From positions 4,774,001 to 4,838,000 of the forward strand of contig OZ260664.1 of NCBI GenBank assembly GCA_965285935.1: a DNA stretch of 64,000 bases, given 5' to 3'. Position numbers and translations under genes: made by a program. This document shows positions 37,460 to 51,409 of the stretch, one piece after another; within the stretch, counting starts at the first letter, position 1; every line of letters starts with the position of its first letter. Origin of the DNA: Ophelia neglecta. Taxonomy: Eukaryota. The notes beneath the pieces are model-generated. The model searched no databases. It saw nothing but the letters and a program-made list of their open reading frames with translations, and had not been told where the DNA came from.

Positions 37460-40064
37460 CAGGTTATGTTGAGCAGGAAGAAACAATATATTTGTTGACA
37501 GTGCATTAACTTTAGGTTAGTTAATTTCCCTTATCAGCAAAAGTCTCCCTTACGAAAATGTCAAGGTGCTTGACAGTTGTCATATGACATTTAAAAACAA
37601 CAGACAGAAATGTTTGGTACTGGAGACGGTTGGCAGGCTTATGGCCTGCCCTGTGACTGGTATCTAAGTCTGCTAAACAAAAGCTCGCAATTTGTTAGCT
37701 AAAAAGAATTTTTAAACACTGATTAGGTTTCTTGGGTTTCATCGTAAAAATATGTGTCCTGAGGAAAGAAGTGCGGATAAGAAGAGTGTAATGTGTGAGA
37801 ACTGAAAGTGGGTTTGAGGTGGCAATAACAGAGAGGGTAGGAGATGAAATCCGCTCTGGCGTCCTCCCACAAAAACACAGTGAAATAAATGCATCATCAC
37901 ACCTGGAGACAGATTAAGAAGTATCTTCATTGAGTGTTCAATTCGGCGGAGTGTGATTCATTGCTGTTCCCAATATTTAAAGGTGTGAAATAAAAACCGT
38001 TGGAGTGTCAGACGTATTGGAGGTTAATGTTTGTTTAAAAAGCCGCTCTGTGACCATTTATTTTCCAATCTCACTCTCATTCCTGTAGGTCCACTCTCAT
38101 TGTTCATTCCTTCTATTCATACCGATGGCCAATTTGTCTGTACTATTCAAATGGCAATAATTTCTGACACACAAATACGCACATAATCTAATATACATTG
38201 CTTCCCAGTTCAATTGCTTCATAAACATGAAGAGTGTGCTCGACATCTTCCTGAAAACCGGGTTCATGGATCGGCATTAAATCATTCCGTCAGCCGCAGG
38301 CACAAAACTACCAGTCACAAACTGTAATGATTATTTCTAAAAGGCGTGAATAGATAAATAAGTGCGCTATCATCTACAATGGCGAGCCAGAAGCTTGGGT
38401 TAAACCCTCTTATTCAGCCACCACTGGCAGCCTTTCTGATATCAAATATATTTTTAATCACAATATTCTTTCCCATCAAATTCTCAATGGGTAAAATTGG
38501 CAATGGCAAATGAGGCACGTCTTTGAACACTGTATAATAAGAGATGAGCAAATCCAAGTTCAAAATCCAAATTGCTTTTTCATATATCTTCTACATTCTG
38601 TGGTCTTTGTATTCCCGTAAGCTCTAGAATGCAATGAATACCTTTTAAACAAAAGCTGTTTGAAATATCCAAATACTGTCCTATCCAGTCGCGCAATTTC
38701 CTTTCTGTACGCACGGAATCCAGGAATAGGTTTTGATCAAGATTTCAACTTTGTCAACACCCTTACACTGCGAAGCACTAACCATCACAGACATACATCT
38801 TTAACATTGTAAATGGAATTTATTTTAAACCGTTGCCAAATTCCAAAACTTTATTTTAACCCTCAAAAGTTAAAAAAGTCTGAGGTCAACCATAAAAACA
38901 TTCTCATTGTAACTGTTACCAGAACACACTATTTGGGAAGAGTCATGAGAAAACACAATTAATAAATAAAAGGGTTATTGTTACACATTTCTACAACCGC
39001 ACAAAGCCCTATTATCGCTGAGGATATAATTGAATCAAATCTTTGTTGAGCATATCTACTGCTAATCCTCTTTCACTGCCTTCCTCCTTGTAATCTATCT
39101 GTCCTTTCCACAAAAACCTGGCCGCCCGATTGTATTCACAGCAGTCAGGAGAATGGAGCTAATGTGATTCTATCTCTTATCACTTCATCACTTTTCTTTT
39201 GTCCCTCTTTTCTCTTTTCTAAACTACAATGACTTACGAAGTCACTTGGGATTCTACAGTCAATGCCGCTACTCTCATTCTCAGAAAAAAAGCAATGTCG
39301 GAAATTGAATTGTTTTTACACATGTTTGTGGATCGGCCTCAGTGTTAACATGGTCTCGGACTGTAGATAAATGTACACGACTTCAGGCGAGTATATATTT
39401 CTAGAGTCATAACAGCGCTCATTCTCGTTGTAAAGTCTTTAGTCCAATCCATACAAAACACTGATTTGTCACTTGATAATATTTAGTATTAGTATACCAT
39501 GTAGAAGAAGGAAATAAGCAATGTGAAATGGATACACACACACACACACACAATATATATATATGAAGTCAACCGCATTTAGCAAAGAGGTCTGGTTAGG
39601 GTTCCAGCATTAATCCCTCCACATACTTGCCACTATAGGCTTAAATCAATGTCTGTTTGTGCGTCTGCAGTACACTGGAAATAAAATTCCTCTTTTTAAC
39701 AATTTGTAAATAGGACAGTATTTAATCACTTGAGACTATATTCAACCGGTTATTTCACAATAGTGGAAAATGCGTAGCTTCATGCTAAGATAGACCATAA
39801 AGCAATGGATGTTAATTCTCAAGCGGTGAGAACTGCCCCGATAATTGAAACTTACTTTCCCCACACCAAGTGTTCTCTGTGGGAAGCCTTGCTGATTAAT
39901 ATATATATAGCGTATATCAATTTACTATTGCGTAGCCATGTGCTTCGTTCAGAAGCGTTTTTCCGACGAGTTACACACAACAAGCACGTGGTGGCGACAA
40001 TTCATGTAGAAAGAATGCCTTTGCATTTTAACACCAGTGTTTCCTGCATTTTCATTGTGATTTT

Positions 40065-40540
40065 CTAACAATTGCTTTCGCCTGAAATTAATGAATCACT
40101 GGACGGAAGTAAAAGTCCTTTTGAAAAACACTGTTATTGATACAGACAATTTGTCATTTGTATTTCATTCCCATGATCAGCCTCGGTCTCTTGTTGCCTT
40201 GTGTTTGCATTGCCTGTCGTGTATATCCTCCTGTTTTTTCTACTATTGCATAATTCATCTTCATTCTATGTTGACCAATACCTCCATTGTTTTCGGTCTG
40301 TGCAACCATGTATGAATGTATGTATTTCTTGTTTATGATGTCTTCTATTGTGGTCAGTGAGCACATGCTTATGCATGAAAAAATTTTCGCATTGTATTAT
40401 ACCTGCTCATATTTATGATTCATTATTAATGATCATGTGTTGTATCATATGTATCATATATTGGATTTACCGGCTGGTTTAGAGGTTATATTTCTGTAAA
40501 TATGTATTATTGAAGCCAAATAAATTACTTACTTACTTAC
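40065..40540 (+). mobile_element. LINE (L2/CR1-group) 3' end, degraded
   Basis: Frameshifted LSPEINES..KVLLKNTVID resembles the ORF2 C-terminus. Followed by an AT-rich UTR, AAATAAA and a (TTAC)4 tail ending at 40540. Confidence 0.6.
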
Positions 40541-41520
40541 ATTGTTTTGGGTCTGAATCCCATGAAGGAAACCCCCTGGCTAGGTCTCATTCCAAGAGAT
40601 GGAGGATTGTATATATTAATTTATTCGTCTTCATCTTACTAGCGTATGTACAGTTATGGCATTTTACTAAATGGACAACCCTGAGTTGCACCTTTTCTTT
40701 GTCCCTTCACTAGCTTGCTTCAATTAAGAAATAGCAAGAGCTATGTATATTGTCCGTCTTCTTATACATTTAAGGTAGTATTGGTCACTGATTGTGCATT
40801 ATTGTGTTTTATTTCATTCATTTAGATAATCCAATTTCAACTGTTCAAACTTTCGGTGTTACTGTGAGTTTATGTATAAAATATTTCTGATTCAAGACCA
40901 TTTAATGGCATGGCTCGTATTATGGATATTTTCAGGAGAGGATCAGATTTTCATGTTTAATTGACCACGAATCGCTTGATTGGCTGCTAATTGTCCACTC
41001 AGTGCTATGCATGCAATGAATACATGATCTTTCTATTTACACTGGGCGTTCAACATGAACTGAAGTAACTTGTCACTGACAAACTGGCCAGACGGCTATT
41101 GAATTATGTCGGGCAGGCTTTGGGGAAGGGATATTCAATTAATGGAGGAAATTACTCGGCTGTTAGCAAACGTGCCAAACAAGAAATAATATGATAACCG
41201 TAATACGATTTAAAATAATTAATTAATATGCACCAGTTTCAATGCCTGCTCATGCCATAATATCCTATAGGAACTCCTCGAATCTGGTTATAAATATTCC
41301 GATGGAACTGTAATATGATTTTGTATTTAATTTCCTCACATTATAGTTGCTTCTCATTTAACCACATGAGTCAGGTCCGTTACTATTATTGGGGTACTTA
41401 TCATTCGGAACCCATATGGCGGAAGTTTTCTAGACTGCATTTGGTTTGGTACATAACAGCGGTAAATGTGAATTATTTGTTAAAAGAAGGTTGATATTCG
41501 AACTCGAGACTGAACCACAG

Positions 41521-41770
41521 GGGCCGGTTGTTAAGGCTTGGACTTGAACCTTTTTCCATAGTTTCGGACTTAGACTTGAACTTCTGACTTTAAATTAAAT
41601 GACTTACCCTTAAGTGGGTTGGTAAAAGATCTTAGGCTGAAGTCAAGTCTGATTTGAGACTATGACTGACACTGGGGCTTTTCTCCAGACAGCTAAATGG
41701 CTGAAAAAAAGACGTCATTAAAAGACAAGCCCAAGTCAAATGTTTCAAGAATCTCTTAAACAATCTCTCC
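41521..41770 (+). mobile_element. MITE family H2 (PIF/Harbinger-like), diverged
   Basis: CAG|GGGCCGGTTGTTAA start. TTTCCATAGTTTC.GACT.AGA.TTGAACTTCTGACTT.AAATTAAATGACT is shared with the copy at 55364. Confidence 0.8.
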
Positions 41771-42011
41771 TGTAATATCTGATAAGAAATTTATGGCCTG
41801 AATTCTTACCTCGGGGTTAAAGCTATAGGTATAGCAAGCAAATTTCAACTCAGGGACACGGATAGAGACTCTGATTATATTAAATAAGGTGGTATTAAAA
41901 ACACATGCAAAACATAGATTCCACGAACAGGATATATTGGAATACTACTCAGGATAATCAAAAGGTGACAATAATCTGTTTCATGTATGGTATTTTCCAA
42001 TAATCCGCATC

Positions 42012-42506
42012 TATCAAGGTGCTTTAACTTGGAATGCTCTTCCCGGGTATGTCAAGTCCAGCAGTAGTATCGAGACATTTAAGTCAAATTGTAAATCCTT
42101 TCTGCTAAACAGTTTTCACTGACTTGGTATCTGCCTGTAGGGAATGTGACATGTTGTTTATTCGTTTCAAACATGATTGGTAGCTTCATCCTGCAAATCG
42201 AGTGCTTCTTTTGCTGTGATAGTGGTATGTGATTTTTTGTGGACCACCATGGAAATAAGTTTTGTATTAAACTTTCTGGTGCTATCCCTTTCACTGGGTT
42301 ACATATCTGTGTCATATCCGTGGTTTGTGCTCATCGGTGCAGTCTAAAATCGATGGTGCTATTTGTGATCTCATTATAGTCAGGCATGCTGGTCATTGTA
42401 TGGGTTGTATTGACTTATTTTTATTTTGAGGATGTATGTTCGATCTGTGATATATTGTATATTATGATTTTACAGTGAATAAACTCAACTAAACTAAACT
42501 AAACTA
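42012..42506 (+). mobile_element. 5'-truncated LINE (L2/Crack/Daphne group): ORF2 C-terminus, 3' UTR and tail
   Basis: 42012-42122 encodes YQGALTWNALPGYVKSSSSIETFKSNCKSFLLNSFH*, the W-N-x-L-P...F-K C-terminal signature. The UTR contains GGACCACCATGGAAATAAG and ends in AATAAA + (AACTA)n. Confidence 0.9.
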
Positions 42507-43261
42507 TACGTCACTGATGCTTCTGTATTTCACTTCAGTTAAAGGCTTCCTGAGCTTCCTGTTTAGGGCCAGGTCAACTTACTCATAATCAGCTATGTGC
42601 TTTTCAAAAGTAGAATTGTTCAATTTTTAGGATACCTTAAATATGGTGCTTTTTGTTGACCACGGGACTTGACTCCCCAGTATTAGAGGTTAAAATGGCT
42701 TTGCTCCAAGTGTGATGAGTTATGTGCCACCATCATCGTACTGTGAGTACTAAAACACTTATTTATGGCTATTAAAAAGGACAGGGCCCACCCGTATGGC
42801 CATTTCACATGCAATGCAGGTCAGATATGAAGAGCAACGAAACGAAACATGTAATCAAAATACCCAATTCAGCCTAAAACATTGCAAAAACCTAGAGGGT
42901 GGGCAGTGGTTGAACTTGATAAAGCGTAGCATCCCATTAATAGGCAGTGCCTATTAATGTTACGATACTGAAAAATCTGTATAATATTCTACTAATATCC
43001 TCGGTGTTGGCATTGCCTGCTATTCCTTCAGGACATGTTTACATAGAGTTACAGCCTACTACCCCTTTTCGTGTCACTTTTTGGATGGCCGAGGACTTCG
43101 TTACCTGCTTGGGTTGCTTTGTTCTGGACCTTTTTTCAATACATTTAAACATTGAACAACATATGTATATGGTCCAGTGGCGTGGATTATCTCCCGAACT
43201 GCCTAAAAAACCCGGCCGATGATATTTCTAGAGACCACTCTGAATTTTAACTCAATAACCA

Positions 43262-43360
43262 TATAGGAATCAAAAGGGAGAGCATCAGCATTGCCACATA
43301 GAAATCAAAAGGGAGAATATCAGCATTACCACAAGTAATCAAAAGGGATCATGTCAGCGA
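43262..43360 (+). repeat. 35-bp tandem repeat, 3 units
   Basis: AATCAAAAGGGA..(A/G)TCAGC occurs three times. Confidence 0.9.
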
Positions 43361-45779
43361 ATCACATCTAACATTCATGGTCGATTCAACATTAACACAT
43401 ATCTGGGTCAAGGAAGGACACGTGATATCAAGGTTAAACCTTTAGGGCCAGATGGTGTACTACATTGTATAATACCTTGCAAATGCCAATTCAATGCACA
43501 AGTTGCTTCCAAAAAGGTCCTTTGACTTCTTTGACGTCACATGTTCAAGCTGTATTCTATTAACTAATGTTACTTTACAAAAATACCAGAAATCGAAATA
43601 TGATTCGAGGCATTCTTAACTCTTAATTTCTAGTTTAACAGTAGCACAGAAAGTAGGTGACTGACATCAAGAAGGAAACTATTCATTTCCAGGGATCATG
43701 AGCGGTATCAGTTGAACAATAAAATAGTGGTTTTCCTTATTCACCAAGTCTCTATTAGTTTTCAGAAAAGGTTATTGCTCTATAGACTTTAGGGCACCCC
43801 ATCTCTATCCCACGATCTCTTGTGATCACAGTGGAAAGTTTCTGAGAAGATTACATTGTGGCTTCAGTCCTGGACACTAACAGTAGTAACTAATGACGTC
43901 ATACAAAACGTCAGGGATATGCTGTGTGTTGAGTTATTTTTCACCGAGCAGTGATAATTGGATGCCGGTCTCATCGTTGTAATCACAAATAGCAGCCAGG
44001 CTAATTAATGAAAGGGCCTACACTGATCCCCATGTGATATACACTTATTGACAAACAGTTCTCATACCGAGTGAGTACAATTAGAGTGTGGTATGAGGGG
44101 ATGTGATTGCACTGGAAGATAGGCGCTATCTGGGGGACACAGCATGAACGCTTCAGTTCCCAATAGGGAGTGAACGGGGTGAAAACTGGTTGAATGTGTC
44201 AACACAAGTAAAGAATGGTGAATTGGTTTAGCTATACATCATCTGGCTAAATCCCAGGAATAATTGTCTGATTAAGAGCACCTGGTGCTCATTCCGCTCA
44301 CGATCTAATTCTGGCCTTAATTTTTCCCTTTGACCTAGTTCTTCATCCTGACCTTGCTCATACTAACCTCGCTGTGACCAATGTCAGTCACAACCCGTCT
44401 TCACATATTGATTACCTTACTCCTGGAACGTCCAGTTAGCATGTTCTCACTTGCTCGAGAAATGGTCGAGTACCCAGTGATTTTAATGGCAAGGAGCTTT
44501 CCAAACAAATATGATAAGAGCACCAGTTTTGAAAGAGACCGAGGGCTAACGTCGCACTCGGTATTGGTTTGTTGTAAACAAAAAAGTCAGATAAATATTG
44601 AGGTAAAATCCAGATATTAGTAGTATAAGACTAGGTCAAAACCTCTACATAGGGTGAGTAAGTGATGTCATAAAAAAGTGGTACATTTGTAATACATTGA
44701 AACAAGTCCAGAATGGGTTCAAGATGGATCCAGGTAAGCAATTCAACCTTAGGCCCAAGAAAAATCTGTCACTGGATCTTTAATATGTACCAGAAACGTA
44801 TACTACTCACACAGGTGAGTTGGAATAGATAAAGGCATCCAATTATATCATTAAATAGCATAGCCCAACATTTCCTTTTCAAAATTGTATTTTCAAGCCA
44901 GAATGGGCATTTGCTTGAACCCAGACGGCACGTTTTAAAATATATTTCAACTTGTGTTGCAACTAACTTACACATCCTATTACGTACTGCAAACTAGGCA
45001 ATCTACACGAGCTGGCAAGCATCGTGAAATGCCGAAAATGTCCTAGTGCAATATCCGATTGTTTCTAGCATTGCCTAGCTACGAAATGTCAACACTAAAG
45101 TATATGGTATAATATATTTCACCAAATCTTCTGCTCCTTGGTATACAACATTCTAATCACAGGTTCTCTCTTTACTGTTTTGGAGCTTGAACTGTTGGAT
45201 GTTACTGTTCTAAATAAAACTTCTCAAGTTACTGGCAAATAGTATGTCATGACACAACCCATTTGAAGTAGCAGCGTGACTTGACCATTACTGTTACCCT
45301 GTACCTACTGGTTTCTTGGACCGCTTTTATGGACTAATAATAAGTAATGAATTTGCTTTGTCTGCCGTGCATCCACTCCCGTATATATTGACTGGACATG
45401 AAATTGATAGTTGCAGCACAGACTCGATACCTAGGCTGGCCATTTGGTCCAATACAAACAGACGGTGACAGGTGGTTCCCGACGTGAACCTGAACTTTCA
45501 TCGCTAGTTGTCCTATTAATTTCAATTATCTTTCCCTCAGCATTGTGGACGTCTTTGGGCATAAATTACAATGGCTTGACATGTCTGCCTGGAAAAACTG
45601 CCTTCAAGTCTTTTATGTTCTTTCACATGACAGAGAGAAACGAGATAACAGTGAGAGTTTGTAAAGTGAAAAAATGCTCAAACCACAATAGAAACATCTT
45701 TAATTAATAATTTGAATTAATAAGTAGACCTCAGACAAAACGAGTATTCTTATAATGAGACATAAAATAGATTTGATAC

Positions 45780-45970
45780 ATCTTCTTGGAGGCACATGTT
45801 AATTTTTCTTCCTCGAAAGAAGATAATTACTGCATTTACTGCCAAACAATCTTCATATATATTTAATCGTGTGTTTCATCTCGAATTACACCCTGTCTGT
45901 CTCGTTTTTTATGCTGTTAATATCATTGAAAACTGTTGACTACCTCTCAGTGCAAGTGATATCAATTTTA
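45780..45970 (+). mobile_element. Dispersed repeat fragment; inverted second copy at ~57597-57710
   Basis: ATCATTGAAAACTGTTGACTAC...TGCAA.TGATATCAAT at ~45922-45966 is reverse-complemented at 57597-57642. Confidence 0.7.
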
Positions 45971-46011
45971 AGACTGTTGTTGTGGATTCGGTTAAAATTT
46001 ATTTGTTGTTA

Positions 46012-46192
46012 AGGTTGCTTGTTCGGGGTTCTACGTGGCTTTTAACACTTATATGGTTAAATCACCACGGTGCCTACTTGTGACAGTGGGCTTAATGCCC
46101 TCTTTATATAGTGCTGCCTCACTGGAGTACCTGCTGTAGACAGCAGGCAGGGAACCCCTTCCAGTCCCATTATACTGACGCCGGGCTGACCT
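46012..46192 (-). mobile_element. 5'-truncated, diverged copy of the Meta-type SINE
   Basis: Aligns with 56060-56237, including CCAGTC.CATTATACTGAC.CCGGG; tRNA head absent. Confidence 0.9.
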
Positions 46193-48104
46193 AATACTAT
46201 ACTGATGCTTTAAGGGAACCGGGAAGATATGTTTGCGGAGTTGCTGCTGCTGGTTTCTGAACCAGTTAAATAGGCAGTTCGCTATTAATGGTTTGGTTTG
46301 TCTGCCCGGTATCCCTTCCAGCTTTCCCATGCGAAGCTTGTACAGCTGGTATGTCCATTCTTCTGGGACCTTCATGTACGTGATGTAGTCATTTGTTTTT
46401 CTTTTAATGACCGTGATAGGTCTATGCCCAGAGTTTCACACAAGTAGTCGTTAATGCATTTAAAAACATGACTTATTTCTTTCGTATATCTTCGACAGTG
46501 TTTGGTCATCTAGTGTTTCAAATGTGTAGCACCCATTACAATTGCCAATGACAGGCCAATTCAAAGGTCACCTCCGTGACGTTTAGGTCAGATGTGTCAT
46601 TGCCGGGACGTTTAGGTCACCTGTGACATCTATCCTAAACCTTAGTCGCTGCACTGGCTACGTCGTTTACAACCCGCTGACCAGTATTGTATATTAACAT
46701 CCCCTTCCTGCGTTAGTGCTTTTTATCTACTCACTAGGGATATAATAGCCAATGAGTACACTGAAGGTATGTTAGGAACTTGTTCTGCCCATACACCAAC
46801 CCACTGTAATTTTCGTTATATAGACGAGAAGGCGCGTATTATCAAATAGTATACTTGTGATTGGATGACATTTTAGTTAAAATTGCTTCAGAGAGTAATG
46901 TGAGAATAGGATACGGTAATCGACATATTTTAACACAACATCGAAAATATGCCTTCATAGATCGGAGTATGGACATAAATATAGTTCGTTGCTTGTTTTG
47001 TCATTGAATGTCTTTTAATAGGTCTGTGGTACAGGAACATTAGGAACTTAATATTGTATGGACCACCTGCGGGAAAAACTGAAATAAATGTGCTTCCGCC
47101 CCTCTTTATTTTACGATTGCATGTCACAGTATTCACCACGTGACCTGTCCGTCCTCCTTCCATCTGGTCATCTCAAGTTATTGATATCTTTGTGCGGCCA
47201 GATACTTTATAGCGTACTCATCTATGACGAAATAATAACTAATTAGTAAATCCAATTAAAGAGTTGGCGCAGGTGTCCGGCAGAGCTATCAGGAGTCCAA
47301 CAGCGCAGATAATCAACTGAGCATTGATTGGACATAATCTAATAGACTCCGGCGCTTTGACTAGCTGATATTGGTGCATTATTGTGCAAAATGAACGGCA
47401 CTTTACACCACAACTTAAATAATAATCTAACAAAAAAATACTTCTGTGTCATTGAAGGGTGTTTACAATGGAAGTCCAAAAGGCGGTGTTAAACGTTTGT
47501 CAGTAAAAGACACAAGCGACCTTAGATCAAGGGTTTACCCAGCTTCAGCCACAATACATCATGGCATGGTATACAAGCTGTCCTGAATCCATACTATGCT
47601 GTTCACGAAACACAACATTTGATTCAGGACCCCTGGTGCGCTTGAATGCGGCACTACAAGCGCCGTTCCCGCTGTGTTAGACGGCAAGCCGTCACATGCA
47701 GGCTTGCTGCAGACACATTGATACCGGCGCTGTTGTAACTGGATGGTTGTAAAGTAATGAATTACGGATAACCAAAAGGAGCCTTTAATACATCTAGATC
47801 ATCACAGGATATAGCAACATTACTCATGCATTGTTACAACGGATAAAGTACATAGATATCTTGGTCACTTACACATATACGATGTCAGATCACATGTATT
47901 GAATTGCCTTCCTAGGAGATGAATGAAGGGAAATAATCTCGAGGAGTCAGCTTTGACCCCGCTGATGCATAAAAAGGTAACATAAGTTAACTCCTTTATT
48001 GTATAATTTGCCGGACGAATTTTTATCATATTTGATAAACATTTCTGTCGTAGGTTGAAGAATATTCCGAAGCCAATACAAGGTATTACTGGCGACGTAA
48101 GAGT

Positions 48105-48327
48105 ATTCTAGAAGCAGTCTTAACTCAAAATCTGAGTTAAATTCATTTGAACATACTAAACGGAGTTTCTGAAGACTGGCTTTGCTCTTAAACCCAGCAA
48201 TTTTGGCCTCTATTAAACTTACTCCGGATCAATAGATGGGTTCAACAAACACTGATTTAAGCCGGTCTCGGCTAAGGGTAGTAGACTTTTCTAATCAAAC
48301 AGCTTAAAATCTCTACAAGAAACTGGC
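48105..48327 (+). mobile_element. MITE family H1, eroded termini
   Basis: TTCTAGAAGCAGTCTTAAC start, AAACACTGATT..CGGTCTC.GCTA core, CAAGAAACTGG end. Confidence 0.7.
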
Positions 48328-49821
48328 AAAAAATAATGTACAAATACTATATTGCGTGATCAGTTAAAACTACACATGATCTTCCCGGTGTTGCTAGCAA
48401 TGTCCATTTCATCTAGCAGTAATATTTCCCATTAGTCATTAAGGTACGTGTGAATACTTAAGTGTCACACAAGAAGGGCCCGGGAGCAGTTGTACTGTGA
48501 TATGGTGATGCCTCTATCATCTTTCTTTGGAATGTCTCTTTGATAGTACTAATAATGTAAGACAAATCATTATAATCACCCGATAGACCGTCATAGCATA
48601 GCCTAAGGATTGCGTGTGTTTATGATGTTTTGCAATGTTATCTATTTTGATAGAGGAACTCATGTGACAGGTCTAATTCCGAATGCCTTTTTGCACCATC
48701 AGTATGCCCAGAGAGTTAATTACCTTAGATACACATGTGATTGTCTTTAGCCACATTAAATGCAAGTATAGCCTAGCCAAATGAAGGAGCTTGGGGTGGT
48801 GCTGGATGTATGATATTAAACGATTCATGCTTACAACCAAGAACTGCACTGACTGAGAACAAACAAGGTAAACAGCCAAAAAAAACCTGAATAATTAATG
48901 AGTAGGTGTCATTTGATAAAATCTTCATTTAATAATTTCATCGTTAAACATCTACCATGTAAAAGTAAAAATGCACTGGCTGAATATAAATGTACCAAGA
49001 GACGCCGTGAAAATTGATATGACAAATGAATGTTCGGGTGTCAGCTGATAACATTTACATTTATAAAAATCTACATAGCAGTGCAACTAAACCATTTAAA
49101 TGTGCACTTCCTGGAGAGAGAACCTATAATTTGTAAAAGTAGACTTCGGCAGGCCAATTTTATTGTTGTTTAGCCATTGGAAAATGTGGTAATATATTGT
49201 AGCCTAAGCAGACAGCTTCGGTCACGTGAACATGGTCCATTTCATTATAGTTTAGCAATGTCCACTCATGTGCCAAGTGGAAACAGCGTGATTGAAGCCG
49301 GGTCCATAACTCAGCCACTAGCTTAATGTCTGAAAATGGCTCCTCACTTCTTTCTTATCATTTGTTGATTGATCTAAGTTATACGGTATGTAAAGTGTAT
49401 GTAGTATTTAGCAAATAAAATAGAGAACAGCTTTCATATGACCATACTTCTCACACTAGTGGTTGTTTCTAGTCTGCAGTCTGGCTAAGTTCCACTTGTC
49501 ACCCAGTACAGACAGCAACTGAGCCCAGTAATGGGGTCAGTTATGTGAGGAAACAGAGGAAAATATGTGAAACTGCTGTTTTCAAATTAACAAGGCAGCC
49601 AATAAGTATAAAATTCTACATACCATTTGGAGAATGCCTTCACTTCATAATGCATGAATATCTGTAGTAAATGAAATGGCTTGATCTATATGTCTTGATT
49701 TTTATGGAGAATATTAACATTACATACTTTTTTCAGCATATTTTCCTTGAATTTCGAGGTAATTCCGAAACTCGAGAAAAAAATCTTGTTCGCGAAAAGT
49801 TCTTGTATGCGATTTCCTAAA

Positions 49822-50420
49822 CTGGCCCTTCTTGTCCTTACTAGCCCTACTTGCCCTGACTAGCCCTACTTGGCTTTAATATACCTACTTGTCCTTACTA
49901 GCCCTACTAGGCCTTTATAGCCCTACTTGGTCTTACTAACCCTACTTGGCCTTAATAGACCTACTTGTCCTTACTAGCCCGACTAGGCCTTACTAACCCT
50001 ACTTGTCCTTACTAGCCCTACTTGGGCTTAATAGACCTACTTGTCCTTACTAGCCCTACTAGGCCTTTATAGCCCTACTTGGTCTTACTAACCCTACTTG
50101 GCCTTAATAGACCTACTTGTCCTTACTAGCCCGACTAGGCCTTACTAACCCTACTTGTCCTTACTAGCCCTACTTGGGCTTAATAGACATACTTGTCCTT
50201 ACTAGCCCTACTAGGCCTTTATAGCCCTACTTGGTCTTACTAACCCTACTTAGCCTTTCTAGCCCTACTTGACCTTACTAGCCCTACTTGGCCTTACTAG
50301 CCCTACTTGGCCTTACTCGCCCTACTTGGTCTTACTAGCCATACTTGTCCTTACTCGCCCTACTTGGTCTTACTAACCCTACTTGGCCTTACTATCCCTA
50401 TTCGACCTTACTAGCCCTAT
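49822..50420 (+). repeat. 19-bp minisatellite (CCCTACTTGGCCTTACTAG), ~31 units with 76- and 152-bp higher-order repeats
   Basis: Variant AATAGACC at 49878, 49954, 50030, 50106 and 50182; variant GCCTTTATAG at 49911, 50063 and 50215. Confidence 0.98.
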
Positions 50421-51198
50421 TTCCAATGGCAAATCACTCGCAATCTTTACAGAAAAATAATAATATGGAACGCCATTCGAGAAACTGTGTATCACAAGTA
50501 AAGTGTAAGATGTATGGTTATGTATTTTTAACGATACGCAAGCTACATGTTAAATCAGTTATATTCTGTTTTATTTGTTGAAGGGAAATCTCTGAATTAA
50601 TTGATATTTGATATCTGAAGACATTAGCTATAAACACACAATGACGTGTAACTCCAGACTAATGATTGTGGTGCACGGAAGGCGCCTGACCTCGTTCTTC
50701 ACCTCGACGGAACATGTGTTTCTACGATCATAGTCAAAAGAGCAAATCAGATTTTTAACAAAGGCTCGGCAGGTTTTCTAACAAACAATTATGGTGTTAT
50801 GTTACCCCTCAACGGGAAACATAATGAACACGGGTAATTATCTCACAGATAACAAAGAGGCCAGACTGGTGGGGAACTCCCTTGAGACTCTGTGTGGTCA
50901 TTGTGTTGAAGGGGTTTAAATACAACCCACAAGCCCTTATTAAACATATCAAACACAGATCACTTGTTGGAGGACTGGGAAATGACACTCGTGTAAGACG
51001 CCATATGCTCGAGTTTGTAACGGCTCCACACGTCAGTCAATTCAAGCCATTCTTCAGTCTGTCTCATATTCAGCTTTTTTTATGGGGTAAAGGTTTATTA
51101 TCTCAATTACTTCCAATTTGTACACAACAAAGAAAGACTTATTTTGTAAGCTACAGATAGAGCATGTTAGATGTATAGTTACATTGAATTGATTTATA

Positions 51199-51378
51199 CA
51201 GTGAAACCTGTGAATTAAGACCACCCAAGGGACTGAAAAATACTGGTCTGAATAAAGAACTGGTCTGTTTACACAGGTTCTTTTTATGTTGAAAGTGTGG
51301 CCTTATGGTCTTCATATTAGTGGTCTGAATCGGCAGGTGGTCGGAATATAAAGGTGGTCGTTAAGGCAGATTTCACTG
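51199..51378. mobile_element. Tc1/mariner (pogo/Tigger-like) MITE, 180 bp, full length
   Basis: TA|CAGTGAAACCTG...TTAAGACCACC and GGTGGTCGTTAAGGCAGATTTCACTG|TA: TIRs with a TA TSD, plus internal TGGTC subrepeats. Confidence 0.92.
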
Positions 51379-51409
51379 TACTGTCCCCTCTGTCCCTCTA
51401 TTGCCTTGT

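Larger units (their letters stand above)
28560..48390 (+). repeat. Copy 3 of the ancient tandem-duplicated unit (~19.8 kb with insertions)
   Basis: Anchors to copy 4: a ~120-bp block GGCGCA..GGAGC.ATT..ATTTGTC..CTCAGGT..CTCACACGTT 35345-35460/53372-53489; ACAGTTG..TTCAGGACGA 36027/54182; AAACACAGATTT..CCATTCATCTC 36093/54031; GCGCCGT.CCCGC..TTGCTGCAGACACA..GGAGCCTTTAATA 47651-47790/63415-63578. Confidence 0.8.

Noticed and set aside
37947-37962. Exact 16-mer CGGAGTGTGATTCATT shared with 60328
   Set aside because: It is out of register with the collinear offsets and the flanks do not align; about one such match is expected by chance in 64 kb.
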